The notes under the pieces were generated by a model. That model was not told the origin of the DNA and searched no databases. It saw nothing but the letters and a program-made list of their open reading frames with translations. From Promethearchaeota archaeon (GTDB lineage Archaea; Asgardarchaeota; Lokiarchaeia; Sigyniarchaeales; SOKP01): a stretch of 59,631 nucleotides of DNA. The first letter of the stretch is position 1. Each line of letters starts with the position of its first letter. Both the position numbers and the translations under genes were made by a program. Below are positions 8,647 through 18,130 of this stretch, piece after piece. The stretch covers positions 1 through 59,631 of the forward strand of contig SDNW01000003.1 in assembly GCA_004524725.1 (NCBI GenBank). The letters are read 5' to 3'.

Positions 8647-9663
8647 TTGATAATGTATCAAGAACTTCAAGATAATGTTGACTTAAATGACAAATCCTTA
8701 TTAGGAGTCGCTAATTTTAAATCAATTTTATTTTGGATTATTCACAATTTCAAATTTCTTTTCATTCCTGGATATGATTTAAAAGAACTTACTGAACGGA
8801 AACATCAATACGAATTAAAGAATCCTAAAAAGCGGAGGATTCATCGATATAAAAAACCCATATTTATTATCGGGCTAATCATAATTCTCTTTTTGTGCAC
8901 TCTAGCCGTATTTCAATATTGGATTTATTCAGCGTGGGATCTAAGTGTTTGCAAATTACCCAGAAATCTTTACTGGTATAAACCACCATCGCCAGAACAT
9001 CCCCTAGGTACAACTTTTTGTGGTTGGGATGTCTTAGGACGCCTTATTTACGGAACAAGATCGGTACTTATTTTCGCAACTTATTCAACAGGAATGGCTT
9101 GTGTCATAGGGATTTTTATTGGTGCCGTTTCAGGTTATTATGGTGGATGGTTAGATGTTCTCTTGATGAGAATTATGGATATAATATTATCCTTTCCTGG
9201 AGTAGTCTTTGCTATTATCTTTATTACCATCTGGGGAACAGATTTCACAATAGTAGTATTGATATACGGTATAATCGGAATCCCTTTTTTTGCTAGAATA
9301 ATTAGAACTAATGTATTAAAAGAAAAAGAACTCCCATACATCGATGCCGGCAAAGCAGTTGGAGCGAAGAATCGTAGAATCCTTTTTCGTCATATATTAC
9401 CTAATTGTTTACAGCCAATAATAGTAAATGTAAGTTTTAATGTGGCGAGGAATATACTTAGTTTATCAGTATTAGCATTTTTGAGAAGCGGGGGTGGATG
9501 GATTGATTGGGGTTATGATATTGCACTTATGATAAACTATATATATGCGGCTCCATGGGCAGCCTTTTTTCCAACTTTAATGATCTTTCTATCAGTTTTA
9601 GGTTTCCTATTGCTTGGTGATAGTCTCAGTGAAATTGGCTTATTAACGAGCGAGAAATTATGA
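8647..9663 (+). CDS. ABC transporter permease, Opp/Dpp C-type, paralogue 1
   Basis: HPLGTTFCGWDVLGRLIYG, RIMDIILSFPGVVFAI and the EAA loop YIDAGKAVGAKNRRILFRHILPN are typical OppC/DppC motifs. The N-terminal extension is unusually long. The likely real start is the ATG at 8653. Confidence 0.8.
   Translation: MIMYQELQDNVDLNDKSLLGVANFKSILFWIIHNFKFLFIPGYDLKELTERKHQYELKNPKKRRIHRYKKPIFIIGLIIILFLCTLAVFQYWIYSAWDLSVCKLPRNLYWYKPPSPEHPLGTTFCGWDVLGRLIYGTRSVLIFATYSTGMACVIGIFIGAVSGYYGGWLDVLLMRIMDIILSFPGVVFAIIFITIWGTDFTIVVLIYGIIGIPFFARIIRTNVLKEKELPYIDAGKAVGAKNRRILFRHILPNCLQPIIVNVSFNVARNILSLSVLAFLRSGGGWIDWGYDIALMINYIYAAPWAAFFPTLMIFLSVLGFLLLGDSLSEIGLLTSEKL
9121..9236 (+). repeat. 116-nt near-identical tract (copy 1) shared with 10326..10441
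   Basis: By direct comparison 113 of 116 nt are identical, while the flanking coding sequence of the two paralogues is strongly diverged at the nucleotide level. Confidence 0.9.
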
Positions 9664-9839
9664 GAAATATAATAATGCATTGTTGAAAAGTATTTTTTAC
9701 TTTAATTTGAATCAAAATCCTGTAATAAAATTAGGATTGTTATTATTGAGAAACATTATAGGTTATAAAATTTTTGTCTCTCCTTATCAAAATTTTTAAG
9801 TAACCTACTATGAAATTTAATTAAAACAATTAAATCATA

Positions 9840-10871
9840 ATGTATGAGACTAAATTATCTGAGGATTTAAAAAATCAAGATTATAAAAAGACGAACTCAT
9901 TAAAGATGGTACTCTCTTGGATTATTCATAATCTTAGGTTCCTCTTTATTCCAGGTTATCGTTTGGATGAGTTGGAGGAGAAACAAACTCAATATGATTT
10001 AAAATTTGGTGTAAAGCATAAATTACATCGTTATAAACGATTATTATTTATTTATTCTATAAGTGCAATTCTTTTCTTAGTTACACTTGCAACTTTTCAA
10101 CATTGGATCTCTCCCTATACCTATATCGAATCATCGCTTTATGACCACCTTATCGGTCAAATATTAGTTACACTCGAAGGGTATTTTCCTCCTTCATCTG
10201 CTCATCCATTAGGTCAGACTTTTATGGGTTATGATATTTGGGCTAGGATCATATTTGGAACAGCACCAGTTTTAATTTTTGCCGTCACTTCAACCATAAT
10301 TTCGATATTAATTGGAATAGTTATAGGTGCCGTTTCAGGTTATTATGGTGGATGGTTAGATGTTCTCTTCATGAGAATTATGGATATAATATTATCCTTT
10401 CCTGGAGTAGTCTTTGCTATTATCTTTATCACCATCTTGGGAGGAGATTTCTTATATTTAATATTAATCTATAGTATTATAGGAATACCTTATTTTGCTC
10501 GAATAATTAGGACAAATGTAATAAAAGAAAAAGAACTCCCATATATTGTTGCTGGAAAAGTCTCAGGAGCCAAGAATAAAAGATTACTTTTTCGCCATAT
10601 TTTGCCCAATTGTACACAACCTTTAATTGTTGCTATTAGTTATAATATCGGGAGAAATATATTAAGTATAACAGTATTAGGCTTCCTAAGGCTTGGTGGT
10701 ATAGCATGGATTGAGTGGGGTTATGATATCGCATTGTCAGTTGATATGTTTATTAGTGCTCCTTGGGCTGCTTTTTATCCTAGTCTGATGATCCTTATAG
10801 CAGTATCAGGATTTTTATTATTAGGAGATTGTTTGAATGATATTAATCTTCTAAGACAAGAAATAATTTAA
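9840..10871 (+). CDS. ABC transporter permease, Opp/Dpp C-type, paralogue 2
   Basis: Same motif set as 8647..9663 (HPLGQTFMGYDIWARIIFG, RIMDIILSFPGVVFAI, YIVAGKVSGAKNKRLLFRHILPN). Tandem duplicate of the preceding gene. Confidence 0.8.
   Translation: MYETKLSEDLKNQDYKKTNSLKMVLSWIIHNLRFLFIPGYRLDELEEKQTQYDLKFGVKHKLHRYKRLLFIYSISAILFLVTLATFQHWISPYTYIESSLYDHLIGQILVTLEGYFPPSSAHPLGQTFMGYDIWARIIFGTAPVLIFAVTSTIISILIGIVIGAVSGYYGGWLDVLFMRIMDIILSFPGVVFAIIFITILGGDFLYLILIYSIIGIPYFARIIRTNVIKEKELPYIVAGKVSGAKNKRLLFRHILPNCTQPLIVAISYNIGRNILSITVLGFLRLGGIAWIEWGYDIALSVDMFISAPWAAFYPSLMILIAVSGFLLLGDCLNDINLLRQEII
10326..10441 (+). repeat. 116-nt near-identical tract (copy 2) shared with 9121..9236
   Basis: Same comparison as copy 1. 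The three mismatches are G/C, T/C and G/T. Confidence 0.9.
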
Positions 10872-10885
10872 AAAAAAGATATAAT

Positions 10886-11641
10886 TTAATCCTTTTCCTC
10901 AATTTCCTTTAATTTTTCTATTATTTGTGGAAGAACATCTATAATATCTTCATGAAATCGCAAATCAGGATTGAATATTAAGGGAATTTCCCCCCTATTA
11001 AGTATAATCAGTTTTGCGCCATTCTTTTTAGCATATAAGGGTAAATCCGCAGCAGGGTACACTACTAATGAAGAACCTATAACAAAGAAGACATCTGAAC
11101 GAATTGATCGATTTATTGCCTCCTCAAGTTCATCACTAGGTAAGGGATCCCCAAAATTGACAATGCTTGAGATTAGTCTATCATTGCATTTAGGGCAATT
11201 GGGTTGACCCCTATGAACCTTGTCTGTACGATAGCCATTTCCCCAAATACTTTTATCCCAACCTACCTCCTCATAGGTAAATTTAGTATTGCAACCAAGA
11301 CATTTCATAAAATAGCGATTTCCGTGTAATTCAGCTAACATTTCAAACGGAATTCCTGATTTCGCATGCAATCCATCCACATTTTGAGAAATAACGTAGT
11401 TAAGCTTTCCAATCTTCAAAAGTTCAATTATAGCATAATGTGCGGCATTAGGTTTTACTTGATCCCATGGTAACGATTTAGGTGGGGGCAGATTCTTGTC
11501 TCTTCGAGTCCATACTCCATCAGGACCGCGATAATCGGGTAATCCAGAATGAGTTGAGATTCCCGCGCCCGTAAATATTACTAAATTGTTTGAATCAGAT
11601 ATCCATTTGGCTGCTAATTCAATTTTCTCATCTAATTCCAT
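10886..11641 (-). CDS. cobB: NAD-dependent protein deacylase (Sir2/CobB sirtuin)
   Basis: GAGISTHSGLPDYRGPDGVW, QNVDGLH, the catalytic HG (ELHGN) and the zinc ribbon CLGC...CPKC. Confidence 0.85.
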   Translation of the reverse strand: MELDEKIELAAKWISDSNNLVIFTGAGISTHSGLPDYRGPDGVWTRRDKNLPPPKSLPWDQVKPNAAHYAIIELLKIGKLNYVISQNVDGLHAKSGIPFEMLAELHGNRYFMKCLGCNTKFTYEEVGWDKSIWGNGYRTDKVHRGQPNCPKCNDRLISSIVNFGDPLPSDELEEAINRSIRSDVFFVIGSSLVVYPAADLPLYAKKNGAKLIILNRGEIPLIFNPDLRFHEDIIDVLPQIIEKLKEIEEKD

Positions 11642-11686
11642 AATAAGATTAGAAAAAAAACGTATATAAAAATATGTTTATTGAAC

Positions 11687-12955
11687 TTAATAGATGTCGC
11701 TAAGATTAATCCCTTTCGTCTCTTTAAGATATTTATATATCAAAGGAATGTTAATTAAAAATAAAGAGCTCAAAATAACAAAGGAAAGGGCTAAACCCGA
11801 ACTAAATGTTATGAAAAAGCTGATTAATAAACCAATTGTGACTCCTGAAGCAGCAACTAATGATTTTACCCCTGTACCCGTACCTCGTGCTTCTGTTGGA
11901 ACTATCTCTAGGGAAACAATACTGATTAATATTCTAAAACCCCAGTAGCAAAGATTAGCTAATCCTGCCCCTATTGCTACCACTATCAAGGCACCTTCAG
12001 GTAAATTGATCCCGAAAACTACAATGAATAATGAAGTGGGGAATAGAATAGAGTAAAGATATAATAATGGTTTTCGCCCATATTTATCAGCAACTATTCC
12101 CGTAATGAGATAGCCGACTATGGAAGCCAGTCCCATTATCCAAACAATTAAATCCACATCGTCTTTAGATAGTGCACTTCCCGTCAAAAAATCCTCTCCC
12201 ACAAGTATAAAGAGATTATTAAGTCCTACTATTAAACTAATTATTAGAATGGCTATATATTGCGATTTGCGTTTTGAAATAAAAATACTTTTGAGATTTG
12301 CTCTAAAACTATTATTATGCTGATTTAACGATCTATTAGAAGTTTTATATTCTTGATATTTTGATGTTTCCTTAAAGGAAAAAAGGACTACCATACTTAA
12401 AGGAATTCCGAGAGCGATGGCAAAGTACGTCATGCCTCTCCAATCCATAATGATACTATGAAAAAAAGGAATTAGTAAAGCCCCTACAATTCCGCCTATC
12501 AATACGAAATTCGTATAAAATGCTCTTTTTTTAGGAGGACTTTCTTCATTAATAAATATAACCCAGATGTCTGAATTAAAGAAAAAATACATAAAAAACA
12601 GAAAAATCGTAAACAGATAGATATTCGTTGAGAGGGAGATCAATAATGAAAAAAACCCCATACCAAATATTGTGATCACTAAAAGCAGTTTTCTACCAAA
12701 TTTATCAGTGAGATATTGGTTTACAATAACAAAAAACATTCCCAAGGTAGCAATCGCTAAAAATAATTGATAAAAGGCGATTGCGGCATCTTCTGCCAGA
12801 AATGGAAAGAATTCTGCTGAAATATCTGATACTACGACATTTAAATTATTGGTAGTATAGGTATCTAGTATTTCTACAAACATCAAAATAAAGATCATAT
12901 ACTTAAAGTATCGTTTTGACTTTTGGTGACTGTTGACTGTGGTTGAAGTATTCAT
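11687..12955 (-). CDS. MFS transporter
   Basis: About 12 TM helices, with D(K)FGRK and DKYGRKP loop motifs after TM2 and TM8, characteristic of the major facilitator superfamily. Confidence 0.75.
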   Translation of the reverse strand: MNTSTTVNSHQKSKRYFKYMIFILMFVEILDTYTTNNLNVVVSDISAEFFPFLAEDAAIAFYQLFLAIATLGMFFVIVNQYLTDKFGRKLLLVITIFGMGFFSLLISLSTNIYLFTIFLFFMYFFFNSDIWVIFINEESPPKKRAFYTNFVLIGGIVGALLIPFFHSIIMDWRGMTYFAIALGIPLSMVVLFSFKETSKYQEYKTSNRSLNQHNNSFRANLKSIFISKRKSQYIAILIISLIVGLNNLFILVGEDFLTGSALSKDDVDLIVWIMGLASIVGYLITGIVADKYGRKPLLYLYSILFPTSLFIVVFGINLPEGALIVVAIGAGLANLCYWGFRILISIVSLEIVPTEARGTGTGVKSLVAASGVTIGLLISFFITFSSGLALSFVILSSLFLINIPLIYKYLKETKGINLSDIY

Positions 12956-13161
12956 AATATTATTTGGTTTTTATTCTATTTAATACTACAAAATTAGGAT
13001 TTGCTGTCTAAGCTTTACCAATTTGTCTAGATTTTAAGGTTGATACAAAGATAACCACGCACTTTTTAAAGGGATAATCTTATACATAATTGAAAAAATA
13101 AACTTAAAGTTTTTATATGTTTAAGTTGAATTATTATTTAGTATTCTTAGGTTGAGGATAT

Positions 13162-13554
13162 TTGACTTTCGCAATAAAATTTGAAGAAGATGCAATTAGG
13201 GATATCCAGAGAGATTACATTCAGGTAAAATGCAGTCCTTTCCAATTATTTTTAATTAAAAGAATCTCAGAAGCTATATGCGAGCAGATAGATATTCCAA
13301 TGTTAACTATAAGAGCGGCTACATGGTACACATTAAAAGAGTGGCAGTTGCGAAATAATAGAACTATCGCAGAGGTAAATTGCTCTGATATTAAAAGCAA
13401 GATTATTGCGGGAAAGGAAATTTTCGATATTGGTAAGCATATCTTGAAACAGTTCTTAAAAGAACCGAGTGTTGAAAATGAAATGAAATTAGATATCGCT
13501 TATGAAAAAGCGTTTAAGATCTACTTGAATGTAATTAATGAAGTAACTTCTTAA
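13162..13554 (+). CDS. Hypothetical protein (130 aa)
   Basis: ORF with a TTG start and no recognisable motif. It overlaps the convergent PHP gene by 4 nt. Confidence 0.3.
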   Translation: MTFAIKFEEDAIRDIQRDYIQVKCSPFQLFLIKRISEAICEQIDIPMLTIRAATWYTLKEWQLRNNRTIAEVNCSDIKSKIIAGKEIFDIGKHILKQFLKEPSVENEMKLDIAYEKAFKIYLNVINEVTS

Positions 13555-14303
13555 ATTGTATTATAGTAACGTTTTCTTGTTCTAAGAATTTCAATGAATC
13601 TCTTAAGATTTAACTCAAGAGCATAAAATTCTATCATATTTAGTGGTTCCTCAAAATTATCAAGATTAGATATATCGTGAGAATCGCATCCGATGGAGAC
13701 CAAAATTTGATTAGCTTGAAGTTCATGAAAAAAGTTACTATAGCGTTGGGAATAAAATTGTGGATAACTGGAATTGAATTCAAAATACACATTATATTGT
13801 TTTAAAAAATTCATCAATATCCCTAATGAACTATATTCAAAATAAGAGGGATCAAAATGCGCAAGACCAAAAATACAATACTCATTTATTTTTTCAAATT
13901 GCTGCTTCCAGTTAAGGAGTAGATTTTTCACGAATCCAACGCCTTCAACACTTTCCACATACTCAAACAGTAAAATATCATAATCTTGTGGAGAGATCAT
14001 TTTCATGATGTAATCGTAGGAACTAGTAATATCCACTTCAATTCCTTTTAGTAACACTAAATTTTGGCTATCTTCAATCAATTCTTGTCTTATTTCAGAC
14101 AATTCAGTTAAATATTGTTCCATCTTCTCTTTCGTATCTAAATTAGGAATTATATTTGCTTTCCATGAATTTGTAAAATGATCCGTAATGCATATGTATT
14201 CTAATCCCTGTTTAATCGACTTTTGCACAATTTCTCTTATTGAATTATTTCCATCTGAATAAGTCGAATGAATATGTAAATTTATCTTAGGAAAGATCAT
14301 CAT
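13551..14303 (-). CDS. PHP-domain metal-dependent phosphoesterase (histidinol-phosphatase-like)
   Basis: N-terminal LHIHSTYSDG, ICITDH, a GLAHFD-type His and a late CDSHD motif are typical of the PHP fold. Confidence 0.75.
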   Translation of the reverse strand: MMIFPKINLHIHSTYSDGNNSIREIVQKSIKQGLEYICITDHFTNSWKANIIPNLDTKEKMEQYLTELSEIRQELIEDSQNLVLLKGIEVDITSSYDYIMKMISPQDYDILLFEYVESVEGVGFVKNLLLNWKQQFEKINEYCIFGLAHFDPSYFEYSSLGILMNFLKQYNVYFEFNSSYPQFYSQRYSNFFHELQANQILVSIGCDSHDISNLDNFEEPLNMIEFYALELNLKRFIEILRTRKRYYNTI

Positions 14304-14322
14304 TTTAGTATTAAAACAAAAT

Positions 14323-16188
14323 TTAGAATGATTTTGATTCGTTATAATTTAGCCACATTAAGATTGAGCTAAAGACTAAGGTTAATTCAAGAAAGGTTAA
14401 AAGACTAATGAATATGAATAGAGCAGCTTCTTCAATAATAACAGTAGAGCCAAAAGAAATCTCTTGGAGGCCAACGATACCATTGAGTACAAGAAAAAGA
14501 ATGAAAAAAGTTACTATAATAGAAATTAATTCAATACTTAGTAATATAAAATTTACAAAGATTAAAATTCGTGATTTTTTTTTTCCCAATTCGATTATTT
14601 GAGCCTTGCCTAAATGAATAGCAACAACTTGTTTGTCAATTTTTTTTACAAAATAATAGACTATTTCTCGAAGAGATATAATGTCAAAGAAAAGCAGTCC
14701 AATATTGAAAATGCAAATTATAATTAAAACTCGATTAATTAAAATAATTGAAGGATTGGTTGCGGAGAAATTGTTAACGAACCAAATAAACACCCCTAAG
14801 ATAATGATCAACAAGAATTTTATACCAGCAAGTGTCAACCGGATCGAGTGGCGATCAGCAATCGTTATTAGGTAATAGGCAACTCCTATTATCGATATGA
14901 GAAATCCAAGGAGAATTGCAGTGAATGATAAAAATAAAGAGAAGAATAAAAATAAGAGACTAATGAGTATGGGTAAAAAAGGGAAAAAAGGTGCTTTAAA
15001 GGGACGATCTAAAGATTTTCTCTTTCTTCGAAGTTTAACGGCAGCATAATTTACCGTGGCTAGACCAAAAAAATAAATAAAGCTCACTGTTTCAGCAGTT
15101 AATCCAATTTCAGCAAAATAAGTGAACACACTGACAATTAAAGCAGTAATTATCAAGGCAAGTGGGGGGAAATTGGATACTTTTTTTTTTTCTTTAATTT
15201 TTGCAGGGAGATAACGATCTCTTGCTAAAGCCGTTATTATACTTGTTGCAGAACCTAAAGAAGCATTTATGGCTATTAACGTTGATATAAGAATCGCTAA
15301 AGCCATAATAAAAAATCCAACAATCCCGAATGGACCTAATATACTCATTAAAATATTAGCTAAAAGAATTGGACTATCATCTAAACTACTAGCATCATTT
15401 CCAATATTAATTAACACAACCAGAGTAACTGATATATAAATAGCCAAAGTAAGCACAATTGCTAGCATATATATTCTTGGAATTGTTTTTGAAGGATTTT
15501 TTAAATTTACGCTTAAGTAAGCAAGGTTGGAAGTAATAGAAGTATAAAATATAAATAAAAGTGAAAATATTGAGATTACGCTAAAAAAATCAGTCCCACT
15601 GAAAAGAAACTCAGGATTATACATAGGTGGATTGATAATAGGTGAAATAATAAGTCCACATATTACAAAAAATCCTAAAATGCCGATTAAACTTACAGTT
15701 AAATAGATTAAAGCTTTAATCGCGATACTTTGAGCACGAAATATAACAACGCTCGTAAAAACTATAGCAATTATGGCAATTGGGGCTGTAAAGGGAGAAA
15801 TTGCTGTTATTCCAAATTTTTTAAATACTTCATCGAAGAGCAAGGCGAAAATTTGTGCGGAGAAAGAGCAGGTTGCTATATTAGCAATCCATAAAAAAAA
15901 ACCAATGATGAACGCTAAGAATCCGCCTAAACCCTCTTTACTAAAATTATACGCACCACCCGCAATCGGAAGACTTGTAGAGAGTTCCGCATAATTCAAA
16001 GCTGTAAAAAAGATTAATATTCCTCCTAAAAGCAAACTTATTAACACTCCTGGACCAGCAATTCTTATTGCATCTCCTAATAGGATAAAAATTGAACCGC
16101 CAATACCACAACCAATACCGTAAAGCACTCCTTGAAATAATTTTACATCTCTTCCAGATGGTGCTTCTTCTTGTTTTGTCTCGTTCAT
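14323..16188 (-). CDS. APC-superfamily amino acid/polyamine permease with extra C-terminal TM helices
   Basis: GCGIGGSIFILLG and NYAELSTSLPIAGGAYNF are typical N-terminal APC motifs. At 621 aa it carries about 4-5 additional helices beyond the usual 12. Confidence 0.75.
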   Translation of the reverse strand: MNETKQEEAPSGRDVKLFQGVLYGIGCGIGGSIFILLGDAIRIAGPGVLISLLLGGILIFFTALNYAELSTSLPIAGGAYNFSKEGLGGFLAFIIGFFLWIANIATCSFSAQIFALLFDEVFKKFGITAISPFTAPIAIIAIVFTSVVIFRAQSIAIKALIYLTVSLIGILGFFVICGLIISPIINPPMYNPEFLFSGTDFFSVISIFSLLFIFYTSITSNLAYLSVNLKNPSKTIPRIYMLAIVLTLAIYISVTLVVLINIGNDASSLDDSPILLANILMSILGPFGIVGFFIMALAILISTLIAINASLGSATSIITALARDRYLPAKIKEKKKVSNFPPLALIITALIVSVFTYFAEIGLTAETVSFIYFFGLATVNYAAVKLRRKRKSLDRPFKAPFFPFLPILISLLFLFFSLFLSFTAILLGFLISIIGVAYYLITIADRHSIRLTLAGIKFLLIIILGVFIWFVNNFSATNPSIILINRVLIIICIFNIGLLFFDIISLREIVYYFVKKIDKQVVAIHLGKAQIIELGKKKSRILIFVNFILLSIELISIIVTFFILFLVLNGIVGLQEISFGSTVIIEEAALFIFISLLTFLELTLVFSSILMWLNYNESKSF

Positions 16189-16248
16189 AATTAATCTTTT
16201 AGGATAACTTTTAGGACAGAAGATTCATAATGGAATTTATATCATACC

Positions 16249-17742
16249 TTAGGATTTCTCTAGATGAAAGACTCCCGAAATAATCGTAAATCCCGCACTT
16301 ATTAATAATAATAAGCTAATAAAACTCATATCGAACTCCCCAATTTCAATAATATTAATACCTCCAAAATCGATAAAATTAAAAATGTCACCAATAGCTA
16401 AGATTATGAAAAAGATGCCCACCCCAATTAAGATCCCTCCGAAAAATTTGGAAATTCTATAAATTAACGACAATGTTTCCAATCGATTAATACGACTTTC
16501 TTTATCTCTTATCTCTTCTTCTTGGCTTTCTAATTCTACTTTCAGTTTTTGAAGAAGAGCTTTTGAATCATTCATACTCTTATCAATAAGTTCCTTGGAC
16601 TTTACTAATCGTTCATTCTCTTTTTGCATGTCTTCTAACTTTTCGGATAATGAATTCAATCGTTCCTCGCGTTCTATATATTCATTATTAGTGTTTTCGA
16701 TATTTGCTTTTAAATCTTCTAAACGTTTTTCATTTACTTCTACTAGATTTTTTTGTTTAGTAATCTGACTTTCAATAGTATCAGATGTTTCATTTAAGTT
16801 TTGAATTTTTGATTCCATTTCAATTAGCGATTGCTGTTTTTCTGAGAGTTGTACTTTGTACTTAGCAAGTAATTCCTCATAGGTCTCTCTTTGTTCCTCC
16901 ATTTCTGGAAATCCTTCTTTATAGTCTTGAATTTGTTGTTCAATTAATTTAATGCGCGATTCCCGTTTTTCAATTTGCTCTGATAAAAGTTTTCTCTCCT
17001 CTTCTTTTACCTCGATCTCTTTATTCGTATGATCTAATTCAAATTTATTTTTTTCAATCGTTGCTTTCATGGTTTCATTTTCCGCCTTTAAGCTTTTAAT
17101 TTTCTTCTCTAGTGCTTCAGCTTCTTCCTTTTGCTTTTCAATATAATCATTTTTCTCTTGGATTTCCTGTTTCAGTTTGGAAAGCTCATTTCTAAGTTCT
17201 TCTTGAGAAGCTACTTTCTCTTTTACACTGTCAGTAAGAACAATTAAATCAACTTGTCTTGCTTCATAGGTTTTTACTAATTGTTCATTTTGTTTTAATA
17301 ATTCTTTGTATTCCTCTTCGAGATTTTCTTTGCTTTCTTTGATAATATTAAGGCTCTCTTCTAAGTTCTGCATCTCCTTATTTTTTTTGTTATACTTTTC
17401 TTCTAAAAGCTTAGTAGTCTCTTCTAACGCTGTTAAATATTCATCTTTATCATTCACTTTTTTCTTAATTGCATTCAGCTTCTCTTCTGCTTCAATAATT
17501 TCTTGATTAATCTCCTCAAGTTCTTTCTTTTCTTTTACTTTAATCTCTTCATCTGAACCATTTTCCTTGATTGTTTCTGAAATATCTTCTATACTATTCT
17601 CGAAGGTTCGTAGTTTTTTATCTATCATATCTCTAGAATTCTTAGCTTTAGATAAAAATTCTTTATCAACTCTCTCGACATCCTTATCTAATTTACCCTC
17701 TGCTTTATTCTCCTTCTCTTCTTCCTTTAAATCGTCAGTCAT
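16249..17742 (-). CDS. Long coiled-coil protein with a C-terminal membrane anchor
   Basis: About 430 aa of uninterrupted E/K/L/I-rich heptad-like sequence, followed by two hydrophobic helices (FFGGILIGVGIFFIILAI, FISLLLLISAGFTIISGVF). Confidence 0.6.
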   Translation of the reverse strand: MTDDLKEEEKENKAEGKLDKDVERVDKEFLSKAKNSRDMIDKKLRTFENSIEDISETIKENGSDEEIKVKEKKELEEINQEIIEAEEKLNAIKKKVNDKDEYLTALEETTKLLEEKYNKKNKEMQNLEESLNIIKESKENLEEEYKELLKQNEQLVKTYEARQVDLIVLTDSVKEKVASQEELRNELSKLKQEIQEKNDYIEKQKEEAEALEKKIKSLKAENETMKATIEKNKFELDHTNKEIEVKEEERKLLSEQIEKRESRIKLIEQQIQDYKEGFPEMEEQRETYEELLAKYKVQLSEKQQSLIEMESKIQNLNETSDTIESQITKQKNLVEVNEKRLEDLKANIENTNNEYIEREERLNSLSEKLEDMQKENERLVKSKELIDKSMNDSKALLQKLKVELESQEEEIRDKESRINRLETLSLIYRISKFFGGILIGVGIFFIILAIGDIFNFIDFGGINIIEIGEFDMSFISLLLLISAGFTIISGVFHLEKS

Positions 17743-18130
17743 TTCATCCTTTTTGTATTGAATTGGTTTTATTAAATTAGAAGTAGTATTAGAAATATAA
17801 AGTTTAATTTTTATTTAAATATGAAAAAGAAATATGGGTTTGTACAAATATATTTTTATTAAAATCAATGAATTTATTATTCATCCATCTACACTTCCTT
17901 AGTAAATATACGTATTTAATCTATTTAAGCTTTTAATATCATCTTTCAATTCTGAGGTTAGGGCAAAAATTTAAACAATAGATTTAAATATGAGTATCGA
18001 CTGGAAAAAAAAAGTTTTCATTAGAGATTATTAAAAAAATGGGATTGTTTTTTCTCGTAAGAAGAAATCAAATATTCTATTGTAAAATCTATCCTCATAT
18101 TCATTCAGAAAAGATTCATCGTTCATAGGA

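Noticed and set aside
8629-8648. Inverted repeat AATCAAT-n6-ATTGATT at the start of the first OppC gene, read as an operator
   Set aside because: A 7-bp AT-only inverted repeat is expected by chance many times in DNA of this composition. There is no second copy upstream of the paralogue.
10886-11641. Sir2-domain protein as an anti-phage defence effector
   Set aside because: It is a compact 251-aa canonical sirtuin with the catalytic His and the structural zinc ribbon. It has no fused sensor or effector domain and no defence-type neighbours (the flanks are an ABC permease and an MFS transporter).
17306-17761. Two Ser/Leu/Phe-rich plus-strand ORFs (17306..17506, 17567..17761) opposite the coiled-coil gene
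   Set aside because: They are the antisense reading of an E/K/L-rich repeat gene, which automatically yields F/L/S-rich stop-free frames. There is no independent support. The same applies to the remaining short antisense or alternate-frame ORFs in the track (18691..19002, 21144..21434, 22359..22617, 26365..26893, 33684..33899, 36318..36542, 38001..38204, 39264..39805, 41069..41254, 43948..44220, 44235..44483, 44793..44987, 46303..46503, 47713..47928, 49087..49281, 50143..50349, 50720..50911, 51121..52196, 56290..56487, 57031..57363, 57429..57674, 58461..58658, 58944..59150).
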